Source: a virus (taxonomy: Duplodnaviria > Caudoviricetes). From it: a stretch of DNA of 42,366 nucleotides. The translations under genes and the position numbers were made by a program. Shown piece after piece: positions 8,101 to 16,341 of this stretch. The stretch is from positions 1 to 42,366 of the IMG/VR virus record IMGVR_UViG_3300024981_000260, one strand, 5' to 3'. The notes beneath the pieces are model-generated. The model ran no database searches. It worked only from the letters and a program-made list of their open reading frames with translations, and was not told the DNA's origin. The stretch's first letter is position 1, and each line of letters opens with the position of its first letter.

Positions 8101-9183
8101 GCTGCCGTGTTAGATGGGGTAGGGCGCACCAAGGTAGCCGATACCGCTACTAAAACAACGACCAGTTCAGAGATAAATACACCGCTTGTTTTATTAGGAC
8201 AGGAAGCTCCGCAAAAAGACGACGGTTCGCTTTCAAACCGTTGTATCCTTCGTGATGTTCCTTACGTGGAAAAAGGAGAGTTTACAGAAGAAGAAACAGA
8301 ACTCTTCAACACGCTTAAAAAACACGAGCGGATAGGGCTTTGCAATGTTCTTACAGACATACTTTCTCTTCGCGATCTGGTCGAAAAAGAATATCTGACA
8401 ATCTTCGACAAAGAAGTAAAGCTTCTGAAAGATAAAGTAAAACAAAGCGTTACAAATACCGACGGACTAACCCGTATTATCAACGCCATAGCATTACTTA
8501 CAGCAACATGCAAGCTGATAGAACAATATACTAACCTAAAACTGCCATTTACATACGATACGTTTTTCGAGCTTGGTGTTACACAGGTTGTGTCGCAGCT
8601 TGAACAAATAGCAACTACAAACAAATTGGCGGCCTTCTTTAATGCGATCAACACTTTACTTACTCGTGGTAAGACTGTTCCGGGACGTGATTTCCGTATC
8701 AAACCTGAAACATCTGTTCGCCGTGTGGTAAAAGGAAAGGATACCGAACTGCTCGATCTTGAAACAGGAATGAATGTACTATATATAGACCTCAATGCTG
8801 TGTACTCTGATTACGAAAACTTCGTAGGGAAAGATGCGGCTGCACCTATGCAAACGCTTGTTATGAACTTTAAGTCAAACCCTGCATATCTCGGGTATAA
8901 TCGTGCTGTTCGCTACAATTGGACTGAGACGGGATATATAGAACGGGGTACCATCGAAGCTACCGACAACGGCGGCCAGATAAACAATCGTGCTGATCTG
9001 AAAATATTGAAAAAAGACCGAACAGGATCTGCTCACATGTTCAACTACGACATGCTGAAGACGCTTTTCGAGATAGACCTGGAACGCATCGAACATCAAG
9101 AACCACCAAAGAACGATGATGAACCACCCATGTTCAAAATGACTCCTCCTAGTGAAAAGAACGAAGATGATTTACCTTTTTAA
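5116..9183 (+). CDS. DnaG-type DNA primase fused to C-terminal P-loop NTPase (primase-helicase)
   Basis: CHC2 zinc finger CPFH...CKCFAC, KYINSP, TOPRIM VVEGQTDV and YDGDRAG, Walker A GPTSSGKS, Walker B LVLEEY. Confidence 0.92.
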   Translation: MSQNTAIPQHIIDQVNDIDIIDVVSEYVSLKRSGVNWIGLCPFHTDKSPSFYVSPSKQICKCFACGNPEKGGVINFVQQIEGISFPSAVRLLAKKHNIDIPEIQLSPEEEAKEKRKDSQYIALAATQKQFEDNYQASPDTQNYINNVRQISEDFRKLYGIGFAPGGNQLSKLLPSKGYKTDTLLSVGVLKQHEESGNVSDRFYNRAMFPYYDLQGRVIGFTGRDLTGQAEHGFKYINSPTTDIFNKSIAIWGLWQAKKRISETHKVHVVEGQTDVISFAQNGLQNTVAGSGTAFTDAQVKILHRFADTVVLVYDGDRAGVKASMKQIQTFLSYGMTVLCFRLPEGLDPDDLAKKLGKDSLPKKIQQGEQSFEKYMFDILDAGKKEKEERIEALDAICECIACIPDTDLQSEYIRSLANMFEMSAIDIKKRVQGLNKNKVVIEDWKPGFYGIEEASAFLAKDKSVVCELTFDHDLFMTDSHERPIVYAYGNPSTYDIQSLRTKINRFRVSADEDNIVPSYTETSELGTLKMLFKEGFDIQVEASIYNSNRDYSDDSEDEESFVSSDSYYDFCNFYIVGYGYMISGETNGLLKSDMIERCAEVISELKAAAREVMMKSYAKRLGVDKTALDKILKPILATKKDNSKFNAQRLAEMGDIATLYDSSAVPPYVLEDKVLNNIHTLYNFYPLRNSKGENVAWMYKNSTGNGYSRITDFVIEPLLHVYDKLSQANKRVVYLRHMRPELNRYVELQSSVLVNLTDLNKKIYDEGNFIFRGTNSQWQDIRSAISYDFTFCRELRILGQHTSEVFAFGNAIFHKVKDTETGRSKYEISYADKIGIVSHGNDNFYLPAFSEIRISDFDKDDSYKQAVHLKYKEIPEKDRLTFDQWASLMDEVYKINNNGKWAILYAITSAFRDFIFKERRFFTALFFIGPTSSGKSQVASSIRNLFMDVDMPLFNLNTGSFASLTMLMEQLRNIVLVLEEYNDKQIQDQVFQLLKAAVLDGVGRTKVADTATKTTTSSEINTPLVLLGQEAPQKDDGSLSNRCILRDVPYVEKGEFTEEETELFNTLKKHERIGLCNVLTDILSLRDLVEKEYLTIFDKEVKLLKDKVKQSVTNTDGLTRIINAIALLTATCKLIEQYTNLKLPFTYDTFFELGVTQVVSQLEQIATTNKLAAFFNAINTLLTRGKTVPGRDFRIKPETSVRRVVKGKDTELLDLETGMNVLYIDLNAVYSDYENFVGKDAAAPMQTLVMNFKSNPAYLGYNRAVRYNWTETGYIERGTIEATDNGGQINNRADLKILKKDRTGSAHMFNYDMLKTLFEIDLERIEHQEPPKNDDEPPMFKMTPPSEKNEDDLPF

Positions 9184-9196
9184 AAACAAAACAATT

Positions 9197-9469
9197 ATGG
9201 CTTATAATGTATATTTTTTTAAGAAAACAACGTCAAAGAAAGTAGTTGCTATTCAACTTATTACACATATTAATAGAATCGATCTTTTAATAAAAGAAAA
9301 ATCCACTTTCTATAGAGAACCCGAAGCTAGAACTTATTCTATGCTTAATTGGCTGACACCACACGACTTTTCTAAATTAGGATACTCGGCTATTTCCGTA
9401 AATGAATACCGACAAATAGAGATGCAAGTATTTTCCATACGATATAGAAATGAAGATTTGCCATTTTAA
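9197..9469 (+). CDS. Hypothetical protein ending in EDLPF
   Basis: ATG 9197 after A-rich leader (in frame with track ORF 9152). Confidence 0.7.
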   Translation: MAYNVYFFKKTTSKKVVAIQLITHINRIDLLIKEKSTFYREPEARTYSMLNWLTPHDFSKLGYSAISVNEYRQIEMQVFSIRYRNEDLPF

Positions 9470-9479
9470 ATTAGATATT

Positions 9480-9809
9480 ATGAATAACATATTCCCGGAA
9501 ATAAGATATCCGCTGTATTATAAGAAGGTCACATATAACAAAACAGTTATCCTTGGCATATTTGAAGATGGAACAATATTACTAAGAATTACTAATCCTA
9601 AAAAAGGAGATCGATTATATAACGTGATAAAAAAAGGAGCCGGTAAACTACAACTGAATCCTTCGAGATTGCCGGAGATATCACGATATAAACCATGTTC
9701 TAAGGATGATTATATTCAAATGGTTAGACGTATAGATGTCTTAATTGCCTCGGACCTTACTGATGATGATATTCCATTTTTATTTAAATACAAAAACAAT
9801 AGATTATGA
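9480..9809 (+). CDS. Hypothetical protein with DDDIPF near the C-terminus
   Basis: ATG 9480 in frame with track ORF 9450. Confidence 0.7.
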   Translation: MNNIFPEIRYPLYYKKVTYNKTVILGIFEDGTILLRITNPKKGDRLYNVIKKGAGKLQLNPSRLPEISRYKPCSKDDYIQMVRRIDVLIASDLTDDDIPFLFKYKNNRL

Positions 9810-9979
9810 AAAAATTGAATTTAACTGTAAAATCCTGCGCTGATTGCCCTATGCAAAGAAAAGAATATGGACATGGTTATACTAGTTATTACTGTAGATT
9901 ACAGAAAAGCTTGCCGTCTGTTTTAGAATATATCGAAAAGAAAAAAATACATCCTAATTGCCCACTAGAAGATATTTAA
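9806..9979 (+). CDS. 57-aa Cys-rich (putative Zn-binding) protein, not in ORF track
   Basis: MKKLNLTVKSCADCPM...YYCRL...HPNCPLEDI; ATGA overlap with upstream gene. Confidence 0.7.
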   Translation: MKKLNLTVKSCADCPMQRKEYGHGYTSYYCRLQKSLPSVLEYIEKKKIHPNCPLEDI

Positions 9980-9997
9980 AATTTAAAATAAAGAATA

Positions 9998-10498
9998 ATG
10001 AAAATTCAATTTAAGCAAGGTAGCCAAGTAGCTAGTATTGTGCAAAAAATGTTCGAAAAGAAAGAACTTATGCATACGAAGGCAATACAAATTATAGAAG
10101 AAGAAACCGGGTGTAAAATAAAAGCAGGATCTGGACTTGGGTTTAGATATGCCTTTTCATTCTGTTACGACTATAGTTTTGCTCATTGTTATTTCGAGGA
10201 TGTTACTAAAGAAGTTCCCGGATATAAGCAAGAATTCGATAAAGATAAAAATATCGGTTATCGGATAAATCGAAGAACAAAAGCTGCAAAGAATATTGAA
10301 GGTAGGTTTTATAAAGAAATATTTGCTATCAGCTCTCGGCAATTGAATGAATTTGGAATTAAAACAGAGACTGACGGACATTGGTATGGATGGCGATTAA
10401 CAAAAGAAGATAACGGAGAAATTTCAATGGTAATCCATCCTAAGATATACGATTTGATAGATTTCGATAAAGCAAAAGATATAACAATAATCCAATAA
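9998..10498 (+). CDS. Phage hypothetical protein
   Basis: 166-aa ORF in operon. Confidence 0.75.
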   Translation: MKIQFKQGSQVASIVQKMFEKKELMHTKAIQIIEEETGCKIKAGSGLGFRYAFSFCYDYSFAHCYFEDVTKEVPGYKQEFDKDKNIGYRINRRTKAAKNIEGRFYKEIFAISSRQLNEFGIKTETDGHWYGWRLTKEDNGEISMVIHPKIYDLIDFDKAKDITIIQ

Positions 10499-10509
10499 AT
10501 ATTTATATT

Positions 10510-11115
10510 ATGAAAACAAAATTTAAAGTCAATGACAAAGTAAAGATTGCATCCTGTCCTATTAAAAAGTATATCGGTAAGATAGGAGTAATAACAAAAG
10601 TAATACCTGTATTTGATAATGCAGATCAGGCAAAAAAATCCGGATATATTGGAGAATACTCAATAAAAAAGAATGATGAAACTACTACTGGTTTATATAA
10701 AATAGATATTAACGGTAGAGCTTTATCAGGATATGCTTTAGATGAATCTTTTGAGTTGATTTCGCTATCTGATCCAATCTATACAAAAGAGTTTTATGCC
10801 AGTCCAGTACTTACCCTAATGGTTTTTAATACTTTTTTAAAGAAGAATCTAGTTTCTGAAAAAGACATGTATAGTTCTGGGACATTTCTTTCTATGGATG
10901 TTTTCGATAACAAGGAAACTAGGAAAATATTAGAGGTAATCATATCGGATATAGATGCCTATAAAAAAGAAAACAATGAGGCGTATTTACATGACGAGAC
11001 AGGTAAAAGTATAGGTCTTTGTTTGTTACATGAAGCTCATTTAAAAGCTCATGGTGCAGAATACGAAATAAAATGGAATGGTTATGAGTTTGTAATCGAG
11101 GAAGATGAAGAATAA
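10510..11115 (+). CDS. Phage hypothetical protein with N-terminal KOW/SH3-like domain
   Basis: KFKVNDKVKI...GKIGVITKV pattern. Confidence 0.7.
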   Translation: MKTKFKVNDKVKIASCPIKKYIGKIGVITKVIPVFDNADQAKKSGYIGEYSIKKNDETTTGLYKIDINGRALSGYALDESFELISLSDPIYTKEFYASPVLTLMVFNTFLKKNLVSEKDMYSSGTFLSMDVFDNKETRKILEVIISDIDAYKKENNEAYLHDETGKSIGLCLLHEAHLKAHGAEYEIKWNGYEFVIEEDEE

Positions 11116-11129
11116 AAATTGAACACAAT

Positions 11130-11588
11130 ATGAAAACAAATAAAATTTTAATATCCATGTCTGCTTCCGCTATTATACTAATAGTGGTGATGGTAGTATT
11201 TTATCTAGTCATTATAATCGGAGATCTTATGCCGAGACCGTTGTTTGCGGCTTTTGGAATATTAATCATATTCGCAGTAATAACCTATCTTGTCTACCCC
11301 AATGTAGATAGATCCGAAAAAGAAACAGACGAATATATTTCCGATAATAAAATACGTATGCGAGCCCGGAAGTTAAGCGAAATCTCGAGTTACGAAATAT
11401 ACGTTAATAGCTCTCTTTATTCCTGCTTTGAAACACTCAATCCCCGCGATTTAATATTTATCGATGCTGAAGGATATAAATGCGTTACCGATCAGGATTT
11501 TAAATACGCAGACGAGAACAATCGTTTTCCTATTACTGTATACCGATTTATCAAAACAACGGATGTAAAACCTGAAAATAAAGAATGA
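11130..11588 (+). CDS. Membrane protein (2 N-terminal TM helices)
   Basis: Two hydrophobic stretches then a soluble domain. Confidence 0.7.
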   Translation: MKTNKILISMSASAIILIVVMVVFYLVIIIGDLMPRPLFAAFGILIIFAVITYLVYPNVDRSEKETDEYISDNKIRMRARKLSEISSYEIYVNSSLYSCFETLNPRDLIFIDAEGYKCVTDQDFKYADENNRFPITVYRFIKTTDVKPENKE

Positions 11589-11866
11589 TTATGGAAATGC
11601 CTGTACCGTGCGATAAATGCAAAGAATGGGTTGAGTTAAACTCAACACGCCAATCAGAATTAAATAAGAATGAAATGCTTTGTCCTGATTGTTATCATAT
11701 TGATAGCGAAGTTAAGGATCTGTTTGATGAAATAAAAGACATTCAATACATGCTCGACAACAATGAACCCGAAGTGAAAGGAGACCGTCGTGGATGGAAG
11801 CGTAATATCAAAGAAGCAAAACAAAAAATTAAAGAACTTGGATACGACTATGACACACTTATCTAA
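11585..11866 (+). CDS. Zn-finger hypothetical protein
   Basis: CDKC...CPDC. Confidence 0.7.
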   Translation: MIMEMPVPCDKCKEWVELNSTRQSELNKNEMLCPDCYHIDSEVKDLFDEIKDIQYMLDNNEPEVKGDRRGWKRNIKEAKQKIKELGYDYDTLI

Positions 11867-12449
11867 TCAAACAAAAGATATCTATTGTAACGAATGCAAC
11901 CGTTTTCTTTTCTCCACGTCTACCGAGGCGTGGGGAGCTATCGGTTGTGAAGCGCAGAATAAAGGTTTTATTTTTAAAATACCAATACTGTTTACGGATA
12001 AATACGAAAGACTATTTTTCTGTTGTAAAGAATGTCAGAAATCATTCTACGATAAGAATATTCCGAAAAATGAAGAGATAAGCAAAACATTATCGGATAT
12101 GAAATCTCAAATACCTGAGATGGCTAAACAGGTAAGTTCTAAAATGGCCGAGTTAGTAGATCTAGTTGTAAGTAAACCTATAAATTATACTGTTTCACAT
12201 CGACTTACCTACAAACTCTTAAACTGGGGTGCATTCTGCCATCAGTGGGACAAATTACTTGTAGACTTAGATAAATTATATTCAGATTTCGAGAAAGATT
12301 TTAACCCCGAAAAGGGTGAAACTCAAAAAGGCGAATTCGATAAATGGATTGAAAAATTTAAATCTGGAAAATTCTTTGGTACAGAACGCTCGTTCGATAT
12401 TGATATAGACCAAGCCACTAGAAGTATTTATTTCACAAGAATAAAGTAA
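11850..12449 (+). CDS. Cys-containing hypothetical protein
   Basis: CNEC and FCCKEC; probable start ATG 11850 in track ORF 11790. Confidence 0.65.
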   Translation: MTHLSNQTKDIYCNECNRFLFSTSTEAWGAIGCEAQNKGFIFKIPILFTDKYERLFFCCKECQKSFYDKNIPKNEEISKTLSDMKSQIPEMAKQVSSKMAELVDLVVSKPINYTVSHRLTYKLLNWGAFCHQWDKLLVDLDKLYSDFEKDFNPEKGETQKGEFDKWIEKFKSGKFFGTERSFDIDIDQATRSIYFTRIK

Positions 12450-12455
12450 AAACAA

Positions 12456-12971
12456 ATGATACCACCCTATAAACAAAATGTAGCGCAACCAAACACGATA
12501 CGCACTCATTCAGGGCTCTACATGAATGTATTTGCACCAACTGTAGATATGATCTGTATCGAAGATATAGCGCATGCCTTGTCGATGCTCTGTCGTTTTG
12601 GAGGCCATTGCTCCGAGTTCTATTCCGTAGCACAACACAGCCTTTTGTGTGCCGACCTGGTACCTGAAGAATATAAGCTAGAAGCTTTGTTACATGACGC
12701 TGCCGAAGCTTATTTGGTCGATCTTCCTAGCCCTATAAAACATCGGATGCCCGATTATCAAACAATAGAAGATAAATTAATGAAGGTAATTGCTAAAAAG
12801 TTCGACCTTGTTTATCCTTTTCCCGAAGTCATACACAAAGCTGATAAAGACATGTTGAAGTATGAATGGGATGCACTGATCGAAGGATTTAACAAATTTA
12901 TTACACCTTTGACTGATCAAGCCTTTTTAAAGAGAGGATTTCTTCGCCAGTATTATATTTATAAAAGATAA
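12456..12971 (+). CDS. HD-superfamily phosphohydrolase (YfdR-like 5'-deoxynucleotidase)
   Basis: IEDIAHALS..CRFGGH...YSVAQHS...LLHDAAEAY..DLPSPIK. Confidence 0.88.
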   Translation: MIPPYKQNVAQPNTIRTHSGLYMNVFAPTVDMICIEDIAHALSMLCRFGGHCSEFYSVAQHSLLCADLVPEEYKLEALLHDAAEAYLVDLPSPIKHRMPDYQTIEDKLMKVIAKKFDLVYPFPEVIHKADKDMLKYEWDALIEGFNKFITPLTDQAFLKRGFLRQYYIYKR

Positions 12972-12976
12972 CAGCC

Positions 12977-13429
12977 ATGATACTATCATACAAACAAAAA
13001 TTTCCGTGGGGCAGGCCGACAAACTTTGAGCAGAAGATCAAAGAAGGCATAAAGAAACACACTATCCGTGACGATATACACGGACGTTGGAAGCCTGGAA
13101 TGATGATACAGCATGCTCATGGTGTACGTACATCTAATTATAGATGCTTTGCTGAAGGTCAATGTATATATACACAAATACTGGAAATAAAAGCTATTGA
13201 TTCGCATGAATACAAATTATACCATTCTGAAATAAAGGTTTTAAGGTCTATCTTAAATGGCGATGATAAGATAATTTTTGAACTATTTGTAGATGGTCGC
13301 CGACTAAACAATGCAGAAATTCACGACTTTTCACGTAACGACGGTTTCGACGCTACAGAAGACTTCTTCAGATGGTTTAACGAACCTTGCACAAAGAAAA
13401 TTATTCATTTCACCGACTTTAAGTATTGA
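12977..13429 (+). CDS. ASCH/PUA-like domain protein
   Basis: GIKKHTIR...WKPG...GVRT...NDGF...FFRWF pattern. Confidence 0.65.
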   Translation: MILSYKQKFPWGRPTNFEQKIKEGIKKHTIRDDIHGRWKPGMMIQHAHGVRTSNYRCFAEGQCIYTQILEIKAIDSHEYKLYHSEIKVLRSILNGDDKIIFELFVDGRRLNNAEIHDFSRNDGFDATEDFFRWFNEPCTKKIIHFTDFKY

Positions 13430-13433
13430 TATT

Positions 13434-13715
13434 ATGAAAACATGTGCAAAATGCAAAGTAGAGAAGCCAATAGACAATTTTGGTTTTAAATCAAGGAGTA
13501 AAGACGGATATAACGGAGTATGCAAATCTTGTAAACGTATTCAAGATAGAGAAAGCAAAATACGAACAGATCGAAATAAAAGAGTGCGAGAAGACAGGAA
13601 GAAAAATCCTGAGAAGTACAGAAAGTACGGAAGAGATTACTACTATAGAAACAGAGAGGCTTGTATTGAGCGTTCGATGAAGAAATATCACAAACAACCG
13701 AATGACCCTCTCTGA
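13434..13715 (+). CDS. Basic Zn-finger protein resembling the N-terminus of phage HNH/EndoVII nucleases, no nuclease domain
   Basis: MKTCAKCKVEKPIDNF...KDG...CKSC; ATG 13434 in track ORF 13311. Confidence 0.65.
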   Translation: MKTCAKCKVEKPIDNFGFKSRSKDGYNGVCKSCKRIQDRESKIRTDRNKRVREDRKKNPEKYRKYGRDYYYRNREACIERSMKKYHKQPNDPL

Positions 13716-13741
13716 AACATTTAATCACTCAGGGTATACAT

Positions 13742-13768
13742 GGCCGGCATATTGCCGGCCTTTCTTTT
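13742..13768 (+). terminator. Intrinsic terminator ending the early operon
   Basis: GGCCGGCA-TAT-TGCCGGCC followed by TTTCTTTT. Confidence 0.85.
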
Positions 13769-13884
13769 CGTGAACGAAAGCGAACCGTTCAGGGAGCGAC
13801 GGCAGTATGACGGAGCGATAAAACGGTTTGCTGAGAGTGAACACCTTTTGATGATTCTCTCTTGAGAGTATTCAGAAAGTTTAA

Positions 13885-13919
13885 AAAAGACATGTCTTCG
13901 GATATGTCTTTTCTTTTTT
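13885..13919. terminator. Hairpin with UUCG loop, possibly bidirectional terminator
   Basis: AAAAGACATGTC-TTCG-GATATGTCTTTT then T-rich tail. Confidence 0.6.
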
Positions 13920-14002
13920 ATCAAAATCTCCCCCGCACCCCCTCTCTATATAGAATAAATTATATACACACATATTTGAAAAATATTTTTCACTCGACCT
14001 TG

Positions 14003-14307
14003 CCAACATACCAACATACCAACAAAAAAATTATTTTTCAACACAAAAACGGCGTATTATATTATATATTAATTATTTAGAAAATAATATTAATATATAA
14101 TAGGCTTGTTGGTGTGTTGGCTTTCTGTTGGTATATGTTGGCATGCTTTTTTAGGCTTGTTGGTATGCTTTTGTTGAAAATTGTGTTTGTTGGCTCTGTT
14201 GGTATGCTGAAAGTGCACATTTTTGTGTATTTAATTTTTGTGATATTGTTTGATTTCAGTAACTTAGCAAAATATTAATAGTCTTTGTTGGTATGTTGGT
14301 ACGTTGG
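14003..14307. other. Putative replication origin with iterons
   Basis: 3x CCAACA left and 9x TGTTGG (+1 CGTTGG) right of an AT-rich core at about 14055-14102. Confidence 0.7.
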
Positions 14308-14350
14308 TACAAAAAAATACCTTCCTATAATTTGAAAACATGTATATATT

Positions 14351-14845
14351 ATGAATGCCAGATTTATAAAAATAAACCTTCCTGAGTATCTTCTTAATTT
14401 TGTCATTCGGCAGATGGGAGAAGAAAAACAACCTCTAAAAGTGCGTAAAAACACATTTTTAGGAAATCTTATATACTCAGAATTATGTAAAGTTCCTGAA
14501 GATTGTACTCATTATTTTCGTCAATTACCAAATAAGAATGTACTAACACTCGATATCTTATGGATGGGTGGCCGCGAAGATAAACGAATAAATTGCAATC
14601 AGACATATTATTATATCCCTACTTCCGTACAGCGTTCTATGGAAAGCAAAATAGAAGATTTTTTCAACGAGTTATTTTTTAATATTGTTGACATAACCAA
14701 AGAATATACCGACGCTGAATATAAAGATTTGATACAATCTTTCTGTAATCGTTATTCAATCGATTTTGCCAAAAATTATGATATGCTAAAAAAGAGGCAT
14801 TATCGAAAAAGAATAGAAAAATCTAATTGCACGGTTGTCCTCTGA
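14351..14845 (+). CDS. Hypothetical protein, candidate late-transcription regulator
   Basis: 164 aa, basic helical C-terminus, located between origin and head genes; function inferred from position only. Confidence 0.55.
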   Translation: MNARFIKINLPEYLLNFVIRQMGEEKQPLKVRKNTFLGNLIYSELCKVPEDCTHYFRQLPNKNVLTLDILWMGGREDKRINCNQTYYYIPTSVQRSMESKIEDFFNELFFNIVDITKEYTDAEYKDLIQSFCNRYSIDFAKNYDMLKKRHYRKRIEKSNCTVVL

Positions 14846-14940
14846 AAACATGATTTTTTGATATATTTTTTATTGCACCATTGTCCCCTAAAAACTCGCT
14901 TTTTTATTATATTTTTTATTGCACCGTTGTCCCCTGAAAA
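14826..14940 (+). repeat. Three 23-bp imperfect direct repeats with 46-bp period
   Basis: ATTGCACnnTTGTCCyCTrAAAA at 14826, 14872 and 14918. Confidence 0.9.
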
Positions 14941-14950
14941 TTGATAATTT

Positions 14951-15331
14951 ATGAAAGAATTTTGTTCTAAGTTCTATATAATTCCGATAACGGATATTGC
15001 TTCTATTGCAAACAATATTGTTGTGCCTGTTGATGGTGCTTCTGTAGATACACTTTTTTCGGAAGTGTTATCTATCGATCCTAAGCCCGATAATGCAGAT
15101 GCAGGCTTGTCGTTATCTTTATCTCAAGACATTATTATAGATAAGGTTAGTTCTCTTGTTGCATCAAAATACAATTATCCCCGCTATTGTGTTCTCATTA
15201 TATATTATACCGATGGCACATATACTATCTACGGATCTACAGACTATCCGGTAGTCGCATATATCACTCCCGGAATACAGTCCGATACCCTTTCCGTTTC
15301 CCTTCAAACGCCCGTTATACCACTTATATAA
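14951..15331 (+). CDS. Hypothetical protein (possibly structural)
   Basis: 126-aa ORF preceding the protease. Confidence 0.7.
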   Translation: MKEFCSKFYIIPITDIASIANNIVVPVDGASVDTLFSEVLSIDPKPDNADAGLSLSLSQDIIIDKVSSLVASKYNYPRYCVLIIYYTDGTYTIYGSTDYPVVAYITPGIQSDTLSVSLQTPVIPLI

Positions 15332-15366
15332 GTCCTTTACATACCGCTGTTGTTTGCACACTTTTG
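15332..15366 (+). promoter_or_regulatory. Putative late promoter 1
   Basis: GTCCTTT at 15332 and CActTTTG at 15359. Confidence 0.6.
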
Positions 15367-15383
15367 TGTGTAAATAACAGCGT

Positions 15384-16331
15384 ATGAATCCGTATACACA
15401 ACTTGTATCCATTCTTTCTTCTCCATCTGCGCGATTCTATTGCAACGAAGCCGAAATAGTTTCCGCATTAGTGTCGGTAATGAAATTTATCGATGTCGCA
15501 CATGTTACCGAAGAACAATTTCCTTCTTATAAGACTCAGGTAGCCTCTATTTTCGGTGTTGTCAATCCTATTACCCAGGAAAAAGAAATACACGTCACCA
15601 CAGACTACGCTTCGCAAGAAGTAACTCCGGGGTCACTTGCTTATTATCCCATTATGGGAATGATACTATCCGATTCGCGTTGGTGGTTTTCCTCTAAACA
15701 ATTTGTAAAGGATCTGCAAGCCGCCGAAGCTAATCCGATGGTTAATGCTCACTTTCTGCATATCAAGTCGGGAGGGGGCGAAGCCTGGTATATGGATCGG
15801 GTGGCCGAGACTTTACAGTCTCTAAAGAAACCAATTTATTCTTTTGTAGAAAAAGTTGCTGCCAGTGCAGCTTATTATATTGGTGTACATGGCGCTACTA
15901 TAAAGGCATCTACCCAAAACGATCTCATAGGCAGTATCGGTACGCTGATCGATAGTCTCAACTTTATGCCTTATTTCGAGAAACTCGGTATTGAACGTAT
16001 TCGCGAAGTAGCTACAAAATCAGACCTTAAAAACAAAAAATACGAAGATCTATACAACGGAAAGCCGGAACAATTTATCCGTGAGGAATTAGATCCGCTC
16101 CAACAGCAGTTCGAAGCTGCTGTGCGTGCTGCCCGTCCACAATTAAACGATCTTCCCGACGATGATCCCGTATTCCGGGGTGAATCCTATTATGCCTCTC
16201 CGCCTGCTATCGATAATAAACTGATAGACGGCCTAACTACTTTCGAAGAAGCCTTGTACGAAGCCGATACGATGGGCAAGGAATGGGCACAACTCCAAAG
16301 GAACCGAAAATCCCTTATGTCTTACATTTAA
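15384..16331 (+). CDS. S49/ClpP-family prohead protease
   Basis: LHIKSGGGE, AASAAYYIG, IGSIGT motifs; directly upstream of capsid. Confidence 0.88.
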   Translation: MNPYTQLVSILSSPSARFYCNEAEIVSALVSVMKFIDVAHVTEEQFPSYKTQVASIFGVVNPITQEKEIHVTTDYASQEVTPGSLAYYPIMGMILSDSRWWFSSKQFVKDLQAAEANPMVNAHFLHIKSGGGEAWYMDRVAETLQSLKKPIYSFVEKVAASAAYYIGVHGATIKASTQNDLIGSIGTLIDSLNFMPYFEKLGIERIREVATKSDLKNKKYEDLYNGKPEQFIREELDPLQQQFEAAVRAARPQLNDLPDDDPVFRGESYYASPPAIDNKLIDGLTTFEEALYEADTMGKEWAQLQRNRKSLMSYI

Positions 16332-16341
16332 ATATATTAAA

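Noticed and set aside
5268-9099. Many antisense/alternate-frame ORFs inside the primase (likewise within portal, capsid and tape measure genes)
   Set aside because: Shadow ORFs of long genes with no motifs or independent expression signals
13721-14080. Track ORFs 13721-13924 (-) and 13862-14080 (+)
   Set aside because: They cross terminators and the iteron region; no protein-like features
14826-14940. Mini CRISPR array
   Set aside because: Only three degenerate units, the 23-bp linkers resemble each other and are T-rich, and there are no cas genes
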